Of a DNA stretch of 24,000 nt, positions 1 to 7,671 are shown in pieces (the stretch's first letter is position 1; each line of letters starts with the position of its first letter). The notes below the pieces were generated by a model that saw only the letters and a list, made by a program, of their open reading frames with translations, searched no databases and was not told the DNA's origin. The position numbers were made by a program, and so were the translations under genes. This stretch comes from Geosporobacter subterraneus DSM 17957 (lineage in GTDB: Bacteria; Bacillota; Clostridia; Peptostreptococcales; Thermotaleaceae): assembly GCF_900142145.1 (NCBI RefSeq), contig NZ_FQZV01000042.1, forward strand, positions 1-24,000, in the 5' to 3' direction.

Positions 1-280
1 TAGGTTGTAGGGGTGGAGGACCCTGTCCACCCGGGCAGCAAGATTCCTGCAACCCGCTTTATGATTTGTCATCCTGAACGGAGTGAAGGATCTGACCTTT
101 AAAATTCTAGACCCGTTCGCTCCGCTCAGGGTGACAGCTTTATGAGGATGATAAAGTAGGGTTGGGTCTCAGGCCCAATCAGGTTCAAAACCCAATGGCG
201 GGCATGGAAACCCGCCACTACGCATGAATGACATATTTCAATGGTAGGGAACCACGCCCCCGTGGTTCCGCCTTACGTCG
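1..280. repeat. Cluster of REP-like modules (GTAG followed by a short hairpin) plus an inverted GTCAYCCTGA...GAAGGATC module; truncated by the window start
   Basis: GTAG(7-10)+GGGTGGA(11-17)/TCCACCC(26-32). GTAG(156-159)+TTGGG(162-166)/CCCAA(174-178). GGCGGG(197-202)/CCCGCC(211-216) followed by ACTAC (GTAGT on minus). GTAG(244-247)+GGAACCAC(248-255)/GTGGTTCC(262-269). GTCATCCTGAACGGAGTGAAGGATCTGAC (68-96) faces the related inverted copy at 115-137. No ORF of 60 aa or more. Confidence 0.7.
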
Positions 281-337
281 TATTCTTCCTAAACAATGTA
301 ACAATGTCCGGCTATATGCTTAACCCTCATTATAATT

Positions 338-916
338 CTATAAATCTCCCTTTAGCCCGATTTCTTCCGAAACCTTCTGCATTCCTTTTATGGTTTCTTC
401 AATAACTGCATCTAATTCCATTCCTATCATGCTGGCACCTTCTTCAATCACCTCGCGGTTTACTCCGGCAGCAAAGCCTTTTTGCTTCCATTTCTTTTTA
501 ACGGATTTAACCTCCGTATCCAATATGCTTTTGCTTGGCCTCATCAATGCGGTGGCTGCAATCAGCCCTGTCAATTCGTCAATGGCATACAGCACCTTCT
601 CCATTCGCTCTATGGGCTCAACATCTGAGCAGAGCTTCCAGCCGTGACTTACTATAGCCCGTATATAAGCTTCCGGCCAGTTCCTTTCAGTAAGAATCTC
701 TTTTACTTTTTTGCAATGCTCCTCCGGGTACATTTCATAGTCAAGGTCATGGACCAGTCCTATAATCCCCCATTTTTCCTTATCCTCTCCAAAAAGCTCA
801 GAAAAGTGGACCATCACCCCTTCAACAGCCAGGGCGTGTCTGATTAATGCTTCATTCTTATTGTACTCCTTGAGCAGTTCAAAGGCTTCTTCTCTTGTTG
901 GTATCATCGGTCTCAT
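338..916 (-). CDS. HD-domain metal-dependent phosphohydrolase (192 aa)
   Basis: Intact ORF. Contains H...HD pattern (RHALAVE ... GLVHDLDYE) typical of HD/HDIG hydrolases. 19-nt gap to the upstream gene suggests an operon. Confidence 0.75.
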   Translation of the reverse strand: MRPMIPTREEAFELLKEYNKNEALIRHALAVEGVMVHFSELFGEDKEKWGIIGLVHDLDYEMYPEEHCKKVKEILTERNWPEAYIRAIVSHGWKLCSDVEPIERMEKVLYAIDELTGLIAATALMRPSKSILDTEVKSVKKKWKQKGFAAGVNREVIEEGASMIGMELDAVIEETIKGMQKVSEEIGLKGDL

Positions 917-935
917 CCTCTCTTTCTTCTAGTAG

Positions 936-1670
936 TTACCTAACTTTCTTTTTATATTTTATGCTTTCTTCAATCAACCCACTAAAAAGCTTTAAAAACT
1001 TTGGATGTTTTGTCACCAATGCTTCTGGATGCCACTGCAGCCCCATAGCAAATTGCTGATGTTCAGTCTCTATGGCCTCTATGATGCCGTCCTTTGAGAA
1101 AGCAGTTGCCTTGAATCCCTCTGCAATCTTGTCAACCGCCTGATGGTGAAAGGAATTTACGTAGATTTTCTCTTCTTTGAACAGGTCATGGAGTTTGCTG
1201 TCCCTCTGAATCTCTACTGCATGGTGCAACTGATCCATCCCTGTATACAAAGGATAATGCCCTAACGCTCCCGGTACCTGTTTCTCAATATCCTGATATA
1301 GTGTCCCACCAAAAGCAACATTCATAACCTGAAGACCCCTGCAAATACCTAAAATAGGTATGCCTTTTTCATAAGCTTCCTTACAAAGGCTGATTTCCTG
1401 CTGATCCCGCTCCCAGGATATCCCCGCTGTTTCTTTTAATGGCTCTTCCTTATAGAGCAGCGGTGCTATATCACCCCCGCCTGAAAGTAATAAACCGTCT
1501 ATGATTTCCGTATACTGCAGCTGCGCTTTCCACTGATGGACGATGGGAATCAATACTGGAACACCCCCCGCAAGGATAATACTATGGACATAACAATTAT
1601 CTACTCCGCAAAGGATCTCCTTATCTTCATAATAGTGATGAAAAGTTGTAATCCCTATGACTGGTTTCAT
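936..1670 (-). CDS. Gamma-glutamyl-GABA hydrolase-like class I glutamine amidotransferase (peptidase C26 family)
   Basis: MKPVIGIT... N-terminus and GICRGLQVMNVAFGGTLYQDI nucleophile-elbow motif, plus HH(Q)AV near the C-terminus. Start moved to ATG at 1670 because AAGGAGG lies 6 nt upstream (1677-1683, read on minus). The 27-aa extension in the ORF track lacks an RBS and covers the upstream terminator. Confidence 0.8.
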   Translation of the reverse strand: MKPVIGITTFHHYYEDKEILCGVDNCYVHSIILAGGVPVLIPIVHQWKAQLQYTEIIDGLLLSGGGDIAPLLYKEEPLKETAGISWERDQQEISLCKEAYEKGIPILGICRGLQVMNVAFGGTLYQDIEKQVPGALGHYPLYTGMDQLHHAVEIQRDSKLHDLFKEEKIYVNSFHHQAVDKIAEGFKATAFSKDGIIEAIETEHQQFAMGLQWHPEALVTKHPKFLKLFSGLIEESIKYKKKVR

Positions 1671-1710
1671 GAATGACCTCCTTGATCTATTGTATCTCGC
1701 CCTATACTTA

Positions 1711-1739
1711 GAAAAATAGCAGGCAGACACATGGCCTGC
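1711..1739 (-). terminator. Intrinsic terminator after the phosphofructokinase gene
   Basis: GCAGGC(1719-1724)/GCCTGC(1734-1739) stem with a 9-nt loop, followed on the minus strand by a T-run (A-run 1711-1718 on plus). Confidence 0.6.
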
Positions 1740-1792
1740 CCTGTAAAACAAACGAATCGCTCTGAAATGCTTATATCAATACAATCAGAACC

Positions 1793-3022
1793 TTACTCCT
1801 GACTATCGGCCCGAAGAATTTTTGGCGCTCTCGGTGCTCTTAACCGATGGGCAGAATGAAGGTCCGATCCCAATAATGGTCTTAAATAGGATTTAAATGC
1901 AGAGGTAACATTGGTACCCTCTGGCGTGATAAATTCGTCGGGCATCAGCTTTGTCTTGGCTGCCACCTGGTGCAGCGGTGTTATCCGATAATCTACGGAA
2001 TAGTCCCCTGTTCTATGGATCGTAATGGAACCGTCGATGTTGTGCCAAATCGCAAATTGTGCTGCCTTTTCTCCAACTTCTCTGGCTTCATGCTGATCTA
2101 CATCGGAAACACATCCAAAGAAAGAACGCTGTAAATATCCAAAGGTATCCGACCTTACACGCTTAATATTTAATCTTTCCTTCACAAGATTTGCCAGCAG
2201 ATCCCCTAATGCGCCCGTACCTGACAGAATTGCATTGCCATGGGCATCCTTTTCAACATTATTTGTTAATCCAAGGGCTATTGGTTCCCCTTTTTCATTT
2301 ACAATTCCTTCTGATACTGCAATGAGACATCTTCCATGCTTCTCATATATGCGCTTAACGTCGCTTAGGTATTGATCCACGTTAAAAGGTCTCTCAGGAA
2401 GATAAATTAGATGGGGACCATCATCGGGATATTTTTGGGCCATTGATGAAGCAGCTGTTAAGAATCCGGCATTTCTTCCCATGATAACACCGATATGCAC
2501 CCCGGGTAGGGCTCTATTGTCAAGGTTTAATCCGATAAAAGCCTGTGCCACAAATTTCGCCGCAGAACCGTATCCGGGAGTATGATCATTAACCATCAAA
2601 TCATTGTCAATAGTCTTAGGAATATGGATCGCTCTAAATTCGTAATCCGATTGCTCTGCCTGTTCGTTAACGATTCGTACAGTATCTGCAGAATCATTTC
2701 CACCTATATAAAAGAAATATCTTACATCATGGGCTTTCAATACATTGAAAATTTCCTTACAGTATTTCACATCCGGTTTATCCCTTGTAGAAAATAGTGC
2801 AGAGGATGGGGTTACGGCTACCTGCTCCAAATTGTGAGTTGTTTCCTGGGTCAGATCCAGAAAATCTTCATTCACAATTCCGGCCACACCGTTAATAGCG
2901 CCATAAACCTTCGACACCTGTTCAAATTTTCTTGATTCCAGCACGACACCTACCAGCGATTGATTAATAACTGCAGTTGGTCCTCCCCCTTGTGCTACGA
3001 CAACCTTTCCATCTAACTTCAT
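1793..3022 (-). CDS. pfp: 6-phosphofructokinase family protein, possibly pyrophosphate-dependent (409 aa)
   Basis: N-terminal GGGPTAVIN nucleotide loop, GGNDS and PKTIDND motifs, MGR(N)AG motif. Lys in PKTIDND is the residue associated with PPi-type enzymes. RBS AAGGAGG upstream of the ATG. Confidence 0.8.
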   Translation of the reverse strand: MKLDGKVVVAQGGGPTAVINQSLVGVVLESRKFEQVSKVYGAINGVAGIVNEDFLDLTQETTHNLEQVAVTPSSALFSTRDKPDVKYCKEIFNVLKAHDVRYFFYIGGNDSADTVRIVNEQAEQSDYEFRAIHIPKTIDNDLMVNDHTPGYGSAAKFVAQAFIGLNLDNRALPGVHIGVIMGRNAGFLTAASSMAQKYPDDGPHLIYLPERPFNVDQYLSDVKRIYEKHGRCLIAVSEGIVNEKGEPIALGLTNNVEKDAHGNAILSGTGALGDLLANLVKERLNIKRVRSDTFGYLQRSFFGCVSDVDQHEAREVGEKAAQFAIWHNIDGSITIHRTGDYSVDYRITPLHQVAAKTKLMPDEFITPEGTNVTSAFKSYLRPLLGSDLHSAHRLRAPRAPKILRADSQE

Positions 3023-3107
3023 GCTTCTACCTCCTTTATGTAATGTTTATCAATAACATTCGCAGACCTGCATATTTTCCAAAGAATACCTTTTTTCCCT
3101 AAACACT

Positions 3108-3134
3108 ATTATACACCAATTTACCCAAGTTCAA
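3108..3134 (-). promoter_or_regulatory. Candidate sigma-A promoter with extended -10 for the phosphofructokinase gene
   Basis: Read on minus: TTGAAC (3134-3129), 15-nt spacer, TG-n-TATAAT (TG 3115-3114, TATAAT 3113-3108). Confidence 0.5.
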
Positions 3135-3164
3135 TAGTTTGATTTTTTAGAAATTTCTCTACAC

Positions 3165-3200
3165 AAAAAGACACCCCATGTTCTAATTCCATGAAGTGTC
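3165..3200 (-). terminator. Intrinsic terminator closing the PTS operon
   Basis: GACAC(3170-3174)/GTGTC(3196-3200) and CATG(3177-3180)/CATG(3190-3193) stems with a 9-nt loop. T-run on minus (A-run 3165-3169 on plus). Lies 19 nt after the HPr stop. Confidence 0.65.
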
Positions 3201-3218
3201 CTATAGCGTGCTTCTTCA

Positions 3219-3488
3219 CTAATCAATTTCTTGCTCTAATATGCTGATCAGTTCCTTTACTGCGGCTTCTTCATCCACACCACTTGCAGTGATTGTCAGC
3301 TGATCGCCTTTGTAAACCCCTAGGCTTAATATGGATAAAATGCTTTTGGGATTACAGCTTTTTCCCAAATCTCCGTTTTTGATCATCTTAAGATCTGACT
3401 GATATTTATTGGCAGCTTTTGAAAACAGCCCTGCTGGCCTTGCATGCAAGCCATTGGCATTTTTAACGATGATGGAAGCTTCTACCAT
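3219..3488 (-). CDS. ptsH: HPr-family phosphocarrier protein (89 aa), operon-encoded
   Basis: Active-site motif NGLHARPAG (His15 equivalent) and KSILSILSLG (Ser46 equivalent). RBS AAGGGGGA 8 nt upstream of the ATG. Confidence 0.9.
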   Translation of the reverse strand: MVEASIIVKNANGLHARPAGLFSKAANKYQSDLKMIKNGDLGKSCNPKSILSILSLGVYKGDQLTITASGVDEEAAVKELISILEQEID

Positions 3489-3506
3489 TGCTGTATTCCC
3501 CCTTTA

Positions 3507-4769
3507 CTAATCCACTGATTTATTTGCTAACAAGTATTCCTCCGCTTCTGCTGACCATAGTCCGTTATGCCTCTCCACAATTCGGCTAAGCTCTGCAAAA
3601 AACGGATCTTCCTTTCCTTTTTTCTCAAAATCTTCTATGGCAGTCAGTTCCATTTCAACATTGCAGTAAACCAACTTCTTTCCTCCAGGAATTTCCGGAA
3701 GGTTCAAGGTTGTATCGATCACACTGTCCAATCCCCCTACATGGGTAACCATTACAGCCGGATTAATCAAACCTTTAGCTGACATTTCCAAGGATTCGAG
3801 CATATCGTCTGCATTTCCACCGGTGGAACCCATGATATGGGTAGGTGTGTAGTGCACATTATAAAAGTTTACTTCTGCTTTGAACTGGGTATCTGTGGGA
3901 CCTGCAAAAAAGTTGAGGCATCCATCCTTACCCAGGATGGCATCTGCATCCTCTATCACTGAACGTACCGGAGCATAGACAAATACGTCATCAAACCCGG
4001 TTCCATCTGTCAGCTCCTTTAGATAAGCTGCTGAGTTTTCCAGCTCCCTCGTATTCACATAGTGGAGCTTCACACCATTCCGCAGCCCTTCCTCTACAGG
4101 GAAGAGCTTTTCTGCCCGCTTCAATCGTTCATCATCAATATCTGTGACTACCAGCATTCCCGGCTTTCTATCGCAGTGCAGGGCATAGTCGATAGCCCCC
4201 AGGCCCATGGGCCCGCAGCCTGCAAGGAGGGCCATTTTCCCTCCCTTTACAATACCCATGTGGTGTACATATTTGCCTGTCTCCGTATGATAATTTGAGT
4301 GAAATCCACCGATAACGCAGGACATGGGTTCCGCTAAGGAAGCTTCATAGAAGCCTTTTCCTTCATAGTTAAGCAAAAACCCTAACTCCATTACTTCCTG
4401 CGGGATAATGATATAGGTTGCATTGCCGCCAAAATAAGGATAGGAATAACCGGGAGCATAGGGGCTCCCTTTATAATTAAGGGCCGGCTGCAGTGCAAAT
4501 TTTTGACCCGGCTTAAACTGATGCTGCCACTTCTTTCCTACCTGAACAATAACGCCAGCAAATTCATGTCCTATAATCGTTGGATTCTCAGCAATATCCT
4601 CAGGTACACGCTTGTGTTTATTTCCTAAGATTACAGCCTTATAGGTTGACATACAAATACTATCTGAAACCACTCGGGCTAATATTTCATCCTCCCGAAT
4701 CTCCGGAAGCTCAAACTCTTCTAATCGTAAATCCCTTTCTCCATATAATCGTACAGCTCTTGTTTTCAT
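3507..4769 (-). CDS. Zn-dependent medium-chain dehydrogenase, L-sorbose-1-phosphate-reductase (SorE)-like (420 aa)
   Basis: GHEFAGVIVQVG zinc-ADH signature, Cys in SDSICMS, GCGPMGLG Rossmann motif, and unusually long (about 420 aa) like SorE-type enzymes. Start set to ATG 4769 (MKTRAV...), preceded by GGAGGG. The 5-codon upstream extension overlaps that RBS. Confidence 0.8.
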   Translation of the reverse strand: MKTRAVRLYGERDLRLEEFELPEIREDEILARVVSDSICMSTYKAVILGNKHKRVPEDIAENPTIIGHEFAGVIVQVGKKWQHQFKPGQKFALQPALNYKGSPYAPGYSYPYFGGNATYIIIPQEVMELGFLLNYEGKGFYEASLAEPMSCVIGGFHSNYHTETGKYVHHMGIVKGGKMALLAGCGPMGLGAIDYALHCDRKPGMLVVTDIDDERLKRAEKLFPVEEGLRNGVKLHYVNTRELENSAAYLKELTDGTGFDDVFVYAPVRSVIEDADAILGKDGCLNFFAGPTDTQFKAEVNFYNVHYTPTHIMGSTGGNADDMLESLEMSAKGLINPAVMVTHVGGLDSVIDTTLNLPEIPGGKKLVYCNVEMELTAIEDFEKKGKEDPFFAELSRIVERHNGLWSAEAEEYLLANKSVD

Positions 4770-4787
4770 GATTTCTCCCTCCATAAG

Positions 4788-5723
4788 CTAACAATACACG
4801 GTTTTAATGTTAACTTGCTCTTTTAAATATTCTACTTGTTCTAAGGTTCCCATTTTAGTTCCTTCATTGCTAATTGTAGCCGCAGCTGCTGCCACAGCCA
4901 GCTTTATACCCTCTTCAAGAGTCATTTTTTTACTGACCGCATAGGCCAATGCACCAACCATAGAGTCACCTGCCCCTACGGTGCTCTTCACATCTATCTT
5001 CAGCGCTTCAGCAACGAAAGCTTTATCTCTGGTGACAAACACACTTCCCTCTTCTCCCATAGAAACCGCTATGATCTCAATGCCGGTCTTCAATAAGGAT
5101 TGTGCTGCCTCAATGATCTGCTCAGTTGTTTCAATTTTTCTTTCCATATACATTTCCAACTCATGTATATTAGGCTTAATCATATAAGGACCTGCCTTAA
5201 TCCCTTCCCGAAGTGCCTCCCCATCAGCATCCAGGATGGCTTTTATTCCCTTTGATTTAGCGATTGCTATCCACTTTCCGTAGATGCTCTTCTCCACATT
5301 TTGAGGTGTGCTGCCGGAAAATACAATCACATCATTTTCTGTCATAGGGCCAAACACTGAATCTTCCAGCTCCTTGAGCGCCTTTGCTGAAACAGGGGCC
5401 CCTGGCTCATTAATATCCGTATACAGACATTTCTCTTTATCGACAATCTTAATATTTGTTCTTGTGTTGCCTTCTACCTCAACAAATTCATGTTTGATAC
5501 CCATTTGGTCTAACTGGGAACGTATTTGTGCACCGGTGTGTCCTCCAAGAAATCCTGTGGCCAAGGTTTCACCTTGAAGATTTCGAATCATTTTTGAAAC
5601 ATTAATGCCTTTTCCCCCGGCATCTACTCTTTCTTGACAAACCCGATTCACACTTCCCTCTTTTAGTGTATCTAATACAATGGTCTTATCCATTGCAGGA
5701 TTTAGCGTAACTGTAATAACCAT
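4788..5723 (-). CDS. fruK: 1-phosphofructokinase / PfkB-family ketohexose-phosphate kinase (311 aa)
   Basis: MVITVTLNPAMDKT N-terminus, GGKGINVS, and C-terminal TVGAGDSMVGA (PfkB signature 2). RBS AGAGGAG upstream. Confidence 0.85.
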   Translation of the reverse strand: MVITVTLNPAMDKTIVLDTLKEGSVNRVCQERVDAGGKGINVSKMIRNLQGETLATGFLGGHTGAQIRSQLDQMGIKHEFVEVEGNTRTNIKIVDKEKCLYTDINEPGAPVSAKALKELEDSVFGPMTENDVIVFSGSTPQNVEKSIYGKWIAIAKSKGIKAILDADGEALREGIKAGPYMIKPNIHELEMYMERKIETTEQIIEAAQSLLKTGIEIIAVSMGEEGSVFVTRDKAFVAEALKIDVKSTVGAGDSMVGALAYAVSKKMTLEEGIKLAVAAAAATISNEGTKMGTLEQVEYLKEQVNIKTVYC

Positions 5724-5750
5724 AGAATCGCTCCTCTAGTTTTCCATATC

Positions 5751-7646
5751 CTATTTCTTAGTAAAGAGTGTATAAACATATTCTAAATCTTCTGTTGTCT
5801 TAAGACGCTCTGCAATCTCATCTTCCTCCATAATAGAAGCCAGATTAGATAAAATAGCTAAATGCTCATTGCCCACGCCTGCGATTCCCACAACCAGATA
5901 AGCTAGCCCTTCGCCAAAGTCTACGCCATCGGGAAACTGGAGGATGGAAATACCAGTCTTTCGAATTTGCATTCTGCCGCTGGCTACTCCGTGAGGTATG
6001 GCAATCCCATTGCCTATATAGGTGCTCAGATCATTTTCCCGTTGAATCATTGCATCGATATATTCCTCAGCCACATATCCGCTGTCTGCTAACAAGCGTC
6101 CAGCCATTTTAATGGCTTCCATCTTCTCCACGCTTCTTTGTCCTAAAAGAATATTCTTTTTCTGCAGTACAGGCAATTCTTCAGTGCCGATCGGCTTTAC
6201 CTGGGATTCCTGCTGCTTCTCTTTGATTTCCACAAGGCGCTCTACCAATAAATCATATACAGGGTTTTCTATGAAATCCTGAATAGAAATATGCTCTGCC
6301 TGCGGAGCTGCCAATTTGGCTCTAGCCGTTAGATTCTCATGAGTTATAACAATCTGGGCATCCTCCGGTATATTTTCAATTGCGTCATTGCTAACCTGCA
6401 CATGTATGCCCTGCTTCTTAAGTTTATTGCGCAGCGTACTTGCTCCCATAGCACTGGAACCCATTCCGGCATCACAAGCAAAAACAATCTTTTTTACCGC
6501 GACATTTAATTTAATTGCTGTTTCTGTCTCGGTTTTCTTTCCCTTCATACCCTGAAGCTGTGTTTTTGCAGCTTCCAATTTTTCTTCATCTGCTGCATAA
6601 CCCCTTGCTTTTATGATCGGCGCAGAGAGGAAGAAGGTTACGGCAGTAGATACTAAGACTCCCGCCAGCACGGCCAATAATCCACCCCGTGGTGCCATAG
6701 CCATAAGGGCAAAAATACTACCCGGTGAAGGTGTTGCCACCAGTCCTGCGCCTAAAAGCGCAAAGGTGAATACACCGCTGGCGCCTCCCGCAATCACAGG
6801 AATAATCAGTAAAGGATTCATTAAAACATATGGAAAATAAATTTCATGAATCCCGCCTAAAAAGTGAATGATAATCGCCCCCGGTGCAGATTGCTTGATC
6901 ATTCCTTTTGCAAATACATAGTAAGCAAGCAGCAGGCCTAACCCAGGTCCGGGATTTGTTTCCAGCAGGAAGAAGATAGATCTTCCCGTTTCAGTAGCCT
7001 GTTGCATTCCCATAGGGCCCAGCACCCCATGGTTTAGTGCATTGTTCAAGAACAATATCTTTGCCGGTTCAATCACCAAAGAGGCAATCGGCAGCAGACC
7101 TACATTTACTACTGTCTCTACTGCACCTTTTAGAATCAGGTTAAGGGACAGTACAACAGGGCCTATGACTTTGTAGGCTGCCACAGCTAAAACTGCACCC
7201 ATAATCCCTACAGAGAAGTTATTCACCAGCATCTCAAATCCTGCCGGTACCTTATCTTTCAACATATCATCTACTTTACGCATCACAAATCCGCCCAAAG
7301 GCCCCATGATCATTGCTCCAAGAAACATGGGTACATCAGCGCCTACAATTACCCCTGCAGTTGCAACGGCTCCTAAAACTCCGCCGCGAAGATCTCCAAT
7401 CATTTTGCCTCCCGTGTATCCAATCAAAATCGGAAGCAAATAAATGATCATCGGTCCCACCAGCTTCGATAAATTCTCATTTGGCAGCCAACCGGTAGGA
7501 ATAAACAACGCCGTTATCAGTCCCCAGGCAATAAATGCTCCGATATTCGGCATCACCATTCCACTCAAAAATCTGCCCATTCGTTGTATATTCAAACGCA
7601 TCTTACCCGATGCATGCATTTCATTCGTGTTAACTTGCGTTTCCAT
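5751..7646 (-). CDS. mtlA: PTS mannitol-family transporter subunit EIICBA (631 aa)
   Basis: MPNIGAFIAWGLITALFIPTGW and HFLGGIHEIYFPYVLMNP (MtlA-type EIIC). EIIB Cys motif FACDAGMGSSAMG. EIIA His motif GNGIAIPHG. Start set to ATG 7646, 8 nt after AGGAGG. The track start is a GTG inside the RBS. Confidence 0.9.
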   Translation of the reverse strand: METQVNTNEMHASGKMRLNIQRMGRFLSGMVMPNIGAFIAWGLITALFIPTGWLPNENLSKLVGPMIIYLLPILIGYTGGKMIGDLRGGVLGAVATAGVIVGADVPMFLGAMIMGPLGGFVMRKVDDMLKDKVPAGFEMLVNNFSVGIMGAVLAVAAYKVIGPVVLSLNLILKGAVETVVNVGLLPIASLVIEPAKILFLNNALNHGVLGPMGMQQATETGRSIFFLLETNPGPGLGLLLAYYVFAKGMIKQSAPGAIIIHFLGGIHEIYFPYVLMNPLLIIPVIAGGASGVFTFALLGAGLVATPSPGSIFALMAMAPRGGLLAVLAGVLVSTAVTFFLSAPIIKARGYAADEEKLEAAKTQLQGMKGKKTETETAIKLNVAVKKIVFACDAGMGSSAMGASTLRNKLKKQGIHVQVSNDAIENIPEDAQIVITHENLTARAKLAAPQAEHISIQDFIENPVYDLLVERLVEIKEKQQESQVKPIGTEELPVLQKKNILLGQRSVEKMEAIKMAGRLLADSGYVAEEYIDAMIQRENDLSTYIGNGIAIPHGVASGRMQIRKTGISILQFPDGVDFGEGLAYLVVGIAGVGNEHLAILSNLASIMEEDEIAERLKTTEDLEYVYTLFTKK

Positions 7647-7671
7647 GTAAAACACCTCCTATATTTCTGAT

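Noticed and set aside
1-280. CRISPR array
   Set aside because: The hairpin modules differ in sequence, orientation and spacing. There are no identical direct repeats with uniform spacers, and no cas genes are in the window.
390-847. Plus-strand ORFs 390-647 and 644-847 inside the HD-hydrolase gene. The same applies to 2582-2797, 3567-3782, 4062-4298, 4580-4771, 4981-5187, 5308-5577, 6613-6840, 7444-7650, 8506-8745, 8791-9081, 10093-10434, 12227-12409, 12485-12709, 12706-13113, 13561-13776, 13746-13937, 14835-15026, 16415-16884, 17471-17689, 18377-18798, 19306-19494, 20432-20632, 21552-21933, 22459-22745, 22771-23004 and 23379-23591.
   Set aside because: These are antisense shadow ORFs that overlap confidently assigned genes. 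They have low-complexity or hydrophobic nonsense translations, no RBS and no recognisable motifs.
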